A stretch of DNA of 64,000 bases from Oikopleura dioica (Eukaryota > Animalia > Chordata): contig OU015566.1 of NCBI GenBank assembly GCA_907165135.1, forward strand, positions 3,348,001-3,412,000, written 5' to 3'. Below are positions 11,739 to 21,945 of this stretch, in pieces. Every line of letters starts with the position of its first letter. Position 1 is the first letter of the stretch. A program made the translations under genes and the position numbers. The notes beneath the pieces were generated by a model, which was not told the origin of the DNA, searched no databases, and was given only the letters and a program-made list of their open reading frames with translations.

Positions 11739-12930
11739 ATGACCTGGCTCGACTACAAGAATCTCCTGGAACACTGGGAAGTAGCAGAAGCAATGGCCAC
11801 GTTCAGTTACGACGAAGCCGAAATCGACGACGTGATTCAACACTTCCTCGACAGACTCCTCACAAGACCGACTCTCAAGGCCTACGCCTACGAGAAAGGG
11901 ATCGTAACGATCCAGGACGTCATCGTTTCTCGACTCAAAAAACCGCTCACCCCGAAGCAAAAACGGAAAATAAAGACCTGGTGCGAGCACAGAGCGCGGG
12001 AGTCAGCAACCCAGACTCTGCAATACCCAAAGGTATAAAAAAAAAAAGGGAGACCCAGCCCGAAAAATAATACTCCTTCAAGCAAGCGGAGGTCGTCGAC
12101 GAGCCCGAGGCAATCCGACTCTGGGAAGAGCTCCTGAAGACAAATAAGCCCAAGCCAAGAGAAGCGGCCATCGCTTTCTTCATCTGCTTTACGACGGGAG
12201 CAAGAATGAAAGAAGCGCTCAATCTCAGAGTCGAAGATCGAGAAGTCGTTACCGAAGACGGAAACGAATTTTGGCGATTCCATATTCGATGCAGCAAAAC
12301 CGATCCGTTCTGCAAGCGAATGGAAACCCTCACCATCGTTATGGACATGCGGCATGGAGTCCCACTCGGCCTAGAACTTAGAGCCCAACTCAGGGATCGA
12401 GATTCAGGTACTTATAGCACTTATTACTCAAGACTCAACAAGAAACTTTTTTAGGCCTTGTTCTCAAGACGCTCGAAGGCCATACTCGCATCGCATCTGA
12501 CTACCTGGCGCGCTACGGAGCCAAGGCAAAACTGTCAAAAAAGGTAACCAATCAAGGAAGAAAACAAAACTCAGATTAATAAACGTCGTAGGTCTCGGCG
12601 CACACGGGAAGAGTCAGTTTCTACATCGAGGGACGCCGAACAGGCTTATCACAACAGACTCTAGCACACACACTCCGTTGGGCACCGGGAAGCTCCATGC
12701 CAGACTACTACGAAAGGTGCTGGCTTGAATGTAGCAACTCAGGAGCGCCGGTCAGCGTGGCAAAATCTAGAGCCAGAAAACGAAACGACAGCACTAGCAG
12801 CGACCAAGACCAACCAAAGGTACTAACATTTAAAAATCCAAGAATCAATTATGAAAGGCCTTAGAGTCAAGAACGACCAGAAGCAAGTCAAAAGCCAAAG
12901 AAGCCGAAAAACACTGCTGAAGAAGCATAA
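11739..12930 (+). CDS. Tyrosine recombinase (DIRS-type integrase) with 3-4 introns
   Basis: Introns 12033-12082, 12408-12454 and 12544-12591 restore one frame containing TGARMKEALNLRVED (Arg I), RCSKTDP (Lys), SAHTGR (HxxR), LRW and MPDYY (Tyr). A possible fourth intron at 12820-12864 would extend the stop to 12930; otherwise the stop is at 12864. Confidence 0.9.
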
Positions 12931-13022
12931 AAAGAAAAAGATGCCTTTTTCCACTTTTAAACAGACTCGAATAAAAAAAGACTCATTTTTACGATTGATG
13001 AGAATAACAAGAATGGTAGGGA

Positions 13023-13067
13023 GGGAATATTCCCATTACCATTGTTATTTATGCGTGATTATAATAC
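13023..13067 (+). repeat. Split direct repeat copy B1 (45 bp)
   Basis: gggaatattcccattaccattgttatttatgcgtgattataatac, identical to 13466-13510. Confidence 0.9.
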
Positions 13068-13465
13068 GAATCTAGGACAAGGGATTAGCAGGCCGCTAAA
13101 AATAGAACGCGGCAGCGGAGCCTAGTCAACGGCAGCAGAGACTCCCAGGAAACGGCGGAAGGTGTCACAGGCGCGCGAGAGCATCTAGATTCAAGCGGGT
13201 GCCCCGAAATCACGCAGGTTCATTCCAAAAGGTTATAGCTTGAGGCTAAAACCTTAAATTGGGAAACTTATATTAGAGACTTTTTCTCAGCAGGAGCATT
13301 ACCAATAAGACTCCTACCTGATTCAAAAAGACTCACCCACCCACCATCCCTGAAATAAGCAGTACAAGTAGGGTAAATCGAGCACACGCCCTACATACTG
13401 CCCAGTCCTAACCTTAGAATCTCAGCGGAGCTTCTCTTACCACAGTATTGTAATTGCGCGTGCTC

Positions 13466-13510
13466 GGGAATATTCCCATTACCATTGTTATTTATGCGTG
13501 ATTATAATAC
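13466..13510 (+). repeat. Split direct repeat copy B2, marking the 3' terminus of the element
   Basis: Identical 45-bp copy of 13023-13067. Element-like composition ends here. Confidence 0.88.
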
Positions 13511-13522
13511 TAATGCCGAACT

Positions 13523-13659
13523 GCGATTCTTTGTTCGCGACAAACTTTCATAGAAAATCCATGAGAAAAACTGGCCAATCAGAGACCTGTATTTGGCCTA
13601 CCGGCCAATCAGTGGCCAGTATTTTTTTCGGGAAAAGTTTTTCGCCAATAAAGAATTGC
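13523..13659. mobile_element. Short inverted-repeat MITE-like element with internal CCAAT boxes
   Basis: gcgattctttgttcgcgacaaactttc pairs imperfectly with gaaaagtttttcgccaataaagaattgc. Two ggccaatcag motifs lie inside. Confidence 0.5.
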
Positions 13660-13733
13660 TGTTTGGCATATTCCCATAATACCAGGAGAAATAAATGGTT
13701 TTTCTTCGTTGCATCGTAGCTTGACAGCTTTAT

Positions 13734-14453
13734 TTAGGCCTTCGGCTTAAGTCCATAACCAGGAATAAACTTAGGGGGTGTTGTGACAGAGTTTGCGAAA
13801 TCAAAGTTTGAAAAATCTGGACATTTAGCTTTAAGAGCATCAGTAAGTTTATCAAAATTTCGAACGCATAAATTATAAGTCAATTTGGTGAGTGCAAATT
13901 TTTGGGAAGGCTTAGGGGTTGTTGAGATAGGGAGAAGGTCTGGACATCTTGCTTTCTCAGCATCAGTAAGGCTCTCATAATGTTTCGGTTTACAAAAATA
14001 TTCAAGCCTCCAATCAGGCTTTGGTTTGCACATCTTTTTATGCGTTTTATCAAATTCATTTATTTTCCCATCGATAAATCTAACCATGCGTTTTGAACTC
14101 CATTTCTTGTAAGTATTACCGTCCATGCACACAAAAGCATTATGAAAGCTCTTGACGGATATGAAGAATTTTTTGACCATTTCGCTGTTGATAAATACTT
14201 TTGGTTTTATGAAATCGTTTTCATCACCTGAAACAGCGAATTCTGAGCAGTTAATTTTCGTTCTGACGGCAAAATTCTCTACACGCTCGAAAAAAGCGAC
14301 AAATTTCTTTGCCGACATTGGGTTGCAATCATACTTATTATACGTTTTATCGGAAATTCTGGCGAGAATAGTCTCGTAGGCGTCGACGATATTGTTCCAT
14401 GCGGTAGCTGATTGCTCGTTCAGTGACTTACTCGCAATCGAAGAAAAGAACAA
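13734..14453 (-). CDS. Protein of unknown function with two Cys-containing LTDA-x-KA-x-CPD repeats; start not resolved
   Basis: 239-aa ORF with an internal repeat (HYESLTDAEKARCPD / NFDKLTDALKAKCPD) and a hydrophobic N-terminal segment after a TTCAG acceptor. No in-frame ATG was found by hand. Confidence 0.55.
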   Translation of the reverse strand: MFFSSIASKSLNEQSATAWNNIVDAYETILARISDKTYNKYDCNPMSAKKFVAFFERVENFAVRTKINCSEFAVSGDENDFIKPKVFINSEMVKKFFISVKSFHNAFVCMDGNTYKKWSSKRMVRFIDGKINEFDKTHKKMCKPKPDWRLEYFCKPKHYESLTDAEKARCPDLLPISTTPKPSQKFALTKLTYNLCVRNFDKLTDALKAKCPDFSNFDFANSVTTPPKFIPGYGLKPKA

Positions 14454-14902
14454 AAAGAATATCTGAATTTTATAATAAGAATTTCGAATTTAATAAACAA
14501 AAATTGAGAAAATTGTGATTCTCTTGTTATACCTTTCTCTTCATAGTATGATAAAAAAAAGATCTTTGAGAAAATTGGGAACAAAATTCGTTAATGAATT
14601 TGTCGTAGTCGCCCTTACCACTAGATGAGTTCATGAGCAAAATAAAACTCTCTTGATATGAGCACGCATATTTCTTGAAAATCCTTGTTACCACAAGTGC
14701 ATCGCTAAAGAGGTTTAATAGAATGTCATGAGAGTTCAACCACTTAGTTGATACTTAATATCGTCCTGCGGGTTGTTTTTTATAATTTGCTATTTTAAAT
14801 TTTGAGCATTTTATTCGTCTGAACAATTGTGAAAAAATAGTATCTCTTATCGTTTTTATGACTCATATCTGACTTTAAATTGCCGGTTCGCCCAGTCGTG
14901 TC

Positions 14903-15286
14903 ACCGTGGTTTTCCATCTTAAGAGCGCCCAACTTAAGAGCGTTTTTTCCAATATTTTTAATATTTTGTCATCTGAAAAAATCCCAACTTTAGAGCGTTT
15001 TTGGGAATAATTAGTATAACGTTTGAAAATCATTGAAAAAAATTTTTTTCTACGCTTTTTTTCAGGTGAAATAGCCTCTGATTCAAAGATCGTAATTTTT
15101 TTATCATAAATAGGTAAAAATGACATGAGATGCATTTTAAGAGTTTTGGAAAAAATTCATATTATGCATTTTCATTCATTATTTTTTCCCACTGTCATCC
15201 TAGTTTGGTCGTAAATTTTCCAACTTAAGAGCGTTTTGGTCTACCCTTGTCATCTGAAAAACGCTCTGAAGATGGAAAACGACGGT
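14903..15286. mobile_element. MITE with about 25-bp terminal inverted repeats
   Basis: accgtggttttccatcttaagagcg ... cgctctgaagatggaaaacgacggt. Internal repeats of caacttaagagcgtttt. Confidence 0.6.
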
Positions 15287-16420
15287 ATATCAATTTAAAA
15301 TGACAATATTTGGTCAAAATCCTTATGCGTCGAAAAATAAGCAATGAAAGGTCTGAGAATTGAGTTCTGAAATCAAGGAGGACTTATGGTATTGTATTAA
15401 CCCGAGATAATAAAATATATTTGAAAATATGCTCATTCATTTTGAACCAGTAGAAATTCCTTTTCGACTCTTGTCAGAGTATGAAAAATATTTTTGAATA
15501 GCAGCAAATAAAAAGCAAATATAACAAAGTATAAGATTATTAAAAAGTAGGAAAAGAAGGTAAATCGAGTTTTCCTTTTCAGTTTCTATCGCTTATTTTT
15601 GTCCAGCAAGAAAAAGTTGAAAGAAGAAAACCAGGTTGGAAAGTGTTGTTTACGCAGTAAAAAGCGATGTTCGTTTAGTTGGTGGCGGTGCGCGCACCTG
15701 TCAGCATCTTCGTTGAGTATTATTAAATGGACAATAATTCATCATAAACTATTCGTAAACATTTCGAGCGCGGTTTTGCGAAGGTGTCAACTTTTACATT
15801 CTTCGCAAAACAATATTCGCCACACTTTCACCTCCCAAACGCATTATATTTACAGTAATTTGAATTTTAGAAAATGAAAAAAATAGAAAAAGGAGGATTT
15901 TCACTTCCCGGGATCATCTTTTTCGCCAGGCGGAAGGGTGAAACTTCCGCGCGAAAACAAACTGACGAGCAAAATACGAATTATTTTCTGAATTTCCGAT
16001 TAAAAAACGGAAAACATCATGATAGGAAGAAATGGAAAAATTTTTTTTTGAACAAAATTTCTTGGAAAGTGAAAAACAGAATCGCCGAGGTGATTTGGCC
16101 TCGGTTGTGGCAGGTGGGCATTTCTCGTCCGTTTTTTGAGACGTTCGTGGCGTCACGTGATTTGAGTGACGGAGGTGCCTTCTGCTTCGACGGGTTGAAC
16201 GGCGAACGTGTTCCGTCCTGCGACAAGTGCTTAGATCCCGACGATAGATCCAACAACCCAACGCCCCTTTTTCGTTACTATTGCCGCAACGTGCGACGCA
16301 AACCGACGCAACAAAATACACCGAATGACGATTCAGCAAAAACAAAATAAAGAATGTCCAATAAAGACTTTTTCAATAAAAAATATCAATGGATTCGGCT
16401 CAGAAAACCGGGCTCGGCAC

Positions 16421-16603
16421 CCTGCGTAGAAAACCTGAGTCAGGTTTTGAAAGGCTAAAATTCTAAGCCGCACTGCGGCTTTTGATAATAAAGCCGCAAC
16501 GCGGCTTCGCCATAATTTTTGATAGCGGCTTCGATATAAAAGAGCCGCTACGCGGCTTTTCATTGAAGACCTTTCAGACCCTGACTCAGGTTTTCTACAC
16601 AGG
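16421..16603. mobile_element. MITE family A: TIRs containing CCTGAGTCAGG, with internal AAGCCGC...GCGGCTT hairpins
   Basis: cctgcgtagaaaacctgagtcagg ... cctgactcaggttttctacacagg, one mismatch. Related copies at about 17771-17930, 24770-24865 and 43270-43400. Confidence 0.75.
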
Positions 16604-17770
16604 TCGTCGAGCCCAGTTCTTGGCTCAAAAACCGTCTCTATCTCGCTCTAGAATTTGGCTTCCCAGGAAGTATAAGTGTCTATTTACCCGACTTTCTGAT
16701 TAAAGAAAACCCGCCAATTGTCAAAATGCAAACAATTGGGGTGAATTGGCAAATATCCGGCAAATCTTAGAAAACTTGGAAATCAGCGAAAAAGCGCCTA
16801 TTTGTTTTGCAAATTTTCGAAAACTTTGAAAGCGTTTCAGAGCTGCTCGAATCGGTCATCAAAAGAGACCTCTTGTTGGCGCAAAATAGGAAAAACAACC
16901 GCGATTCCAGAGATTTGCAAAATGTATTTTTACTTGAAATCACTTCCGTTCTGGCCTCCGTTGATTTAATTTTGGAGACATTTAGTTTCAGAAGTCAGGA
17001 GCTATTAACCGAGGTTTTTTTGAAGAATTTTTTGAATAGTTTTTGAAAAGAAAAGTTCAAACTATCCTTCTCTCAAAAAATACAATGACTAAGCAAAAAA
17101 GCGATGAGCTTGTTTGAAAGCAGCGAAATTGAGCAACCGCAAAAACGCGTGAAAATTGATGAAGCGCCGCTCGGAGTTGCTGCTTTGTTCCCCCAAGTGG
17201 CTTCGTTATGAGAACCGGGACGAGCGCTTTTTCAATCTTTGGATACCAGCGGCTTTCGCTTCAAGTACCCCAAAAGCGGCTTCCTCAAATAAAGACAAAG
17301 TTATGAACTTTTCAAGCTTCATTTTTTAAATAAGATTTTTTTCAGAATTTCGTGAAAAAAATATTTTTCCCAAATTCGAAAAAATAATTTTTCTACCATC
17401 ATCATTGATTCTCGATTCTGAGATGTTGCATCGTGAGCTATCGTTGTTTTGGCGCGTTGGGCTCGGAGGAACTCTTGCTCGGCTCTCTTGCATCACGTGG
17501 CCTCGTCGGAGCTTCTCGTCGCTCCGTAAATCGGCAAGGAGAGGCTCACGGCAATCCAAACGGCAAATATTATTACGTGAGAGATGTACAACCCTCGACG
17601 CTGTTGTGAACACATCGCCCGAGAAAAAATTACGGATCGGAGCAAAAAAGCAAAAGCTGAATACAACTGTTCAACGAGGTTTCGGGGCGGAGTCGATTTT
17701 TAGAAAACTCGATGATAAAAAACATTATCATCTTCTTTCAATTGGAATAAGGGTGGATAGTGCCAAGCTT

Positions 17771-17930
17771 GGGCTCGGCAGCCTGAGAAGAAAACCTGAG
17801 TCAGGGTCCGAAAAATGCTCTGAGAAAAGCCGCTCTGCGGCTTCGTTCTTAAAAGAAGCCGCGGTGCGGCTTTAAAGTTCATGTCATTCAGACCCTGACT
17901 CAGGTTTTTACTCAGGATATCGAGCTCAGA
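17771..17930. mobile_element. MITE family A copy
   Basis: aaaacctgagtcagggtcc ... gaccctgactcaggtttt with aagccgc/gcggctt inside. Confidence 0.7.
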
Positions 17931-18487
17931 TCTCAGCTCAGGAAAGATTTTTATGCTTCGTTCTTAAGTTTTTGCTTCGAGGAAAACCTTAATCTCGCCC
18001 CTTAATCCCGAAAGTAAATTCGCCACGCGCTAGAATCTCGATTCTAGGTCTCCCCAAAATTAGTAGATCCTTATCCCGCTTTCTCAAAAATAACAAAAAT
18101 GCTCGATGGTATCTTCTCCAAACAAAAATGAGCAAAAAGGTCACTTGTCACAAATATACAGCACCAGGGGCGAGCAAGTTAGCCAGGTGCAAAAAGAAGA
18201 GAGTTTTTAACAGGCTCAAATAATTAACTCAACGATTTCTAAATTTTCAATTTTTCAACTTTCCTTTTGCCGTTACTTTGTCGATCGCGCAAAATGACAA
18301 GCGTTTGGAATGTGGCGCAATCAAGAATAAATTCATTTTCGAATTTTTGACGAGCCTGGCGCACCGCGACACTCTTTTTGGGTGAATTTTAATTCACTCG
18401 CAAAAAGTACTTGAGAAAAATTTGACAAAATTAAGTGCTCGACTTCATGATTTTTCTTATTTCATGTGAGATTTTTGAATAAAAATG

Positions 18488-18631
18488 GGTTGGCGTTAGG
18501 AACCGGCAAAAATTCGACAAATTTTTGGGTCAGCGCATTTTTGGCTTCTGATTGGCCGGTAAACGGAATCCAGGCCTCTGAAAATTTCAACGCGAAATTG
18601 GCCAAAATTTTTGTCGGATCCTGACACCACC
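18488..18631. mobile_element. MITE family B copy (degenerate)
   Basis: ggaaccggcaaaaattcgacaaattttt ... aaaatttttgtcggatcc with ctgattgg inside. Resembles 28545-28740 and 21796-21945. Confidence 0.55.
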
Positions 18632-19250
18632 TTGTTTTTATTCGAAAATCTCACATAAAATTTGAAAAATTCTGGTTCAAGATTGTCGGTTTTCGGGTTC
18701 GGTGTCGAAATTGACAATCTTGTGCCCTGAATTTTAGCTTCCACAGCAATTTTCGGCCAGAAAAGTCCGTGATTCATCCGAAAATCGACTATTATTGACC
18801 TTCAGAGTCGATTATTCTTGAGAACTTTGGTAAGGTATATTAAAAAGAAGGAGCTTGTTAAAATGAGATCGTTTGAAAATAAACTGATCAGATAAAAAGA
18901 GCGTCAAAAAACGAAAATTTCCAATTTTGTCAATTAGCGATAAAACCCCGTCCGATTTGTTAATTGCTATCGGACAAAGGCGATAAACCTTCGATTTCAC
19001 AAAAACCGGCGCCAATTTCCGGATCAGTATCTCATTTTTAGCATTCTCCATTTCGAGCTTCCGAAAATTCGAAAATTCGGGAAAACATTTTTCGTCAAAA
19101 ATTGAATTGCCTCTTCTCATGACTCGCACCTGGGCGAGTTAACATCTTTTGGTCAAGAATCCGCAGCTGGAGCAATAAGAGCCAGTGTAAATATAAAGTC
19201 AATTTTCATAAATATATCCCTTCCTAACCGGCTAAATAAGCTCTTTGAGG

Positions 19251-20348
19251 CAGGGTGAAAAATGGCGTGTGATATTCCTGGGATGTCGCGCGCGCGCTGA
19301 AAAAACCTCCCGGGGCGTGTGGGAGGTTTTTGCCTTCTCACAGAGCGTGGGGGAGCTAAATTTTTTCGCGAGGTGAAGTGACGTCACGCTTTTTTCGATT
19401 GTTGAATGAAGTTAGGGACTTTCACGTGGAAAAATAATTTGTTCGTTGTAAAAGTTTACTCATAAATGTAGATTTTCCAGCTGATTTCAATGAAAGCAAA
19501 CTATCCGCAGGATTTTTCAATAATGAAGTTGTTCAATTCGTTCAGAACTGACCAAAAATGAAGTGCTTGGGCCAAGCAGCTTGGCAAAATCTGGTGATAG
19601 ATTTTAGGATTTTAGTTTACGGCTGTTTTCAATGAAAAATTCATAATGAATATTGCTCCAGACCTATAAGAAAGCTATAAATAGGGACTTTCACGGAAAA
19701 ATCAAGGTGCTCCGATAACTATGAAAATTTATCATCTAGTACATTTTTTTTCGCTGATTCCAAAGCCTATAAAGAAGCTCGTAGCGTTCCTCAGGTACCC
19801 GATTTAGTGTCGTTTTATCGCACAAGAATGTTTACGCCACTAACTTTCGCTACTAAAGGCAAGTTTTTAAATTTTAAAACCCCAAAACAGCATGTTCTGT
19901 AAAGTTTAACTCCATGCGAAATGACCCAATATAATTAGTGATTTTTATTGATTTTTATGAGTAGAAAATAATTTGGTGATTTTTGGCTAAAGTTTCACGG
20001 ATCAGAAGTTGTTTTTTCTTACAAAATTAGTTAAAAACATGAACCTTTTTACCTCCGGAAACTTTTTAGTGATAATCACAATCAATTTGCTTCTGATTTC
20101 GAGTACTTGGTCAAAATAAGCCCCCACTGAGATTAAGGCGCGCTGATGCTTTTGGGCTCGCCGAGGATCGCGTAGCCGGAGTGCCCGTGCGCTCCCAGGC
20201 ACTCTGTGAGCTCACAGCGCGTGGGTGATCTCGATTTTTAAGCACCTCACAGAATTTTCTGTGATAATGGCGCCACCTCCCACGCGCTCTGGGAGGTTTT
20301 GCCGCGCGCGCGAGATCCCAGGCAAATCACGCGCCATTTTTCACCCTG
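19251..20348. mobile_element. About 1.1-kb non-autonomous DNA transposon with about 80-bp GC-rich TIRs
   Basis: cagggtgaaaaatggcgtgtgatattcctgggatgtcgcgcgcgcg at 19251 is the inverted match of cgcgcgcgcgagatcccaggcaaatcacgcgccatttttcaccctg ending at 20348. No transposase ORF inside. Confidence 0.7.
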
Positions 20349-21795
20349 CTTTGAGGGGTTTTGATGAGTTTTCCGGTCATTTTTCGGCAAAAAAATTTTA
20401 AAAAGATTTTCGAAAAAGCGAGAATTTTGGCTCAAAACCTCTGAAGACTCAAAATATCTGAGTTAGGGTCAGGGTTAGGGTTCGCGCTTGGTTAAAAACT
20501 GAGTCGGGTCCCAAAAACGCTAAATCTTTCAATAATTATAAAAATAATTTTTTAAATAAATTTGAAGAAGATTATTATTTTTATAAATTTTGAAAAATAA
20601 TTATTTTAAAATATCTTTTGGGGAATAAATAATCCTTCTTTATGTTAACGAAATCCTGACTCAGGGTTTTTGGCAGGTTTTTTGAAGGTTTTTCGCTCGA
20701 AATTGAGATATTTTGTAATGAAAAAGATAATTATTGCCTTGGTAATAGAAAATAAATGGAAAAAAAAGGTTTCTCATTTTTTCTCGTTTTTCGAAAAAAG
20801 CTCTGAGAGAATCTGTGTGTTGGTAAGTTACGTGAACAGTGACGAGAAGGGGTCGGAACGTGTTCGCTATTAACGCGGCGGTCTCTGGCCGAGTTGCGAG
20901 TTATTCCGGCTTAATTTTTACGAAACCGAACGTGAACCACCGCCGGATCACCGTGCGACTGACGAGACGATAACACGCAACCGCCCAAGACATCTTTAAC
21001 AGACACAGCTTTTTCAGAAAACTTAGAATACACAACTTTCTTTTTAGACGCCTTTTTTATTTTTCATTTTTTCGAGCGATTTTTTCTCGAAAAAAATGAA
21101 AAATGAAAGCATTTTTCAATAAGTTTCATTTATAATTGTAAAATTTAAATAGCCGAATTAGCAAGAAAGCAGATTGAGTGATGCATTTGTTCATTCATTC
21201 TCCTCCTTTTTGAAGAGGTGCCCAGCCGACGGCTGATCCAGGCTGAGATTAATTTGCACTTCAGCTGGAAATTCCTGAGCCGCTTGAGCGACGTTTCAAT
21301 CAATCAACCTTGCTCCTCGCTTTTCTGAGCTGACAGAAACAATCGATTACGCATTGCCCGGAAACAAAATCCCGAGCTTTTAATCCAATTATATATAATT
21401 ATTTATATTTTAACAAAATAATTTTCTTTGTTGAAAATTCCAAAAAAACCCTTTTTTCTAGTGAGAAGAGCGTTTTTGGAAAATGCTTATTGTGCGATAT
21501 TTATTGATTTGATTGGGCCTGAGTCGGATCGTGCTCTGAACGAAAAAATGCTCGGCGGCGCCACCAGTCTCTCAACCTTTTTTATTTTACTGTCCTTCAA
21601 TTAATTTTGTTTCTAGCGCAAGATTTTTTCAATAAAAGCATTTCGATAGACAACACCTTTTTAAAAATGTTTTAATAAATAAAAAACGTTCTAATAATCC
21701 AGTTTTTAATTATATGATTATATTTTTTTCATAAAAGAGTGTGAATGATTCAATTTTATAAAAAAAATAATAAAATAATAAAGATTTGAGTTTAG

Positions 21796-21945
21796 GTGTC
21801 TGGAACCAATGAAAAATTTCGAGAAATTTTGAGTGGAAATTTCCGACCAATCAGAAGCCCAGACTCGGCTCACAGGCCAATCCGCAGCCGAGAAACTGCC
21901 AACACAAAATCTGTGGAAATTTTTTGTCGGCTCCCGACGCAACCC
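21796..21945. mobile_element. MITE family B copy
   Basis: ggtgtctggaaccaatgaaaaatttcgagaaatttt ... gaaattttttgtcggctccc with ccaatcag inside. Confidence 0.55.

Larger units (their letters stand above)
1..13510 (+). mobile_element. Giant DIRS-order (PAT-like, split direct repeat) tyrosine-recombinase retrotransposon; 5' end lies upstream of the window
   Basis: Co-oriented RT (YLDD), RNase H, Dam-like MT and YR coding regions. Direct repeat of 45 bp at 13023-13067 and 13466-13510. Uniform A-rich, GACTC-rich plus-strand composition that stops at about 13.5 kb. Confidence 0.9.

Noticed and set aside
1-13510. Classification as a Ngaro element, a Crypton or a LTR/Gypsy element
   Set aside because: The MT domain argues against Ngaro. 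RT and RNase H exclude a Crypton. A YR instead of a DDE integrase, and split direct repeats instead of LTRs, exclude Gypsy. Final placement needs a phylogeny.
15874-17700. ORFs of 140-160 aa and exon-like pieces (e.g. FCFDG...CDKC...YYC)
   Set aside because: Partly protein-like, but I could not assemble a consistent gene model or recognise a family. They may be degraded gene or transposase remnants.
20462-20482. ttagggtcagggttagggtt, a telomere-like motif
   Set aside because: Only about three degenerate units, too short to support an interstitial telomere call.
20830-21000. GC-richer island, possible ncRNA or exon
   Set aside because: No recognisable tRNA, snRNA, 5S or SL RNA sequence, and no sustained ORF in any frame checked.
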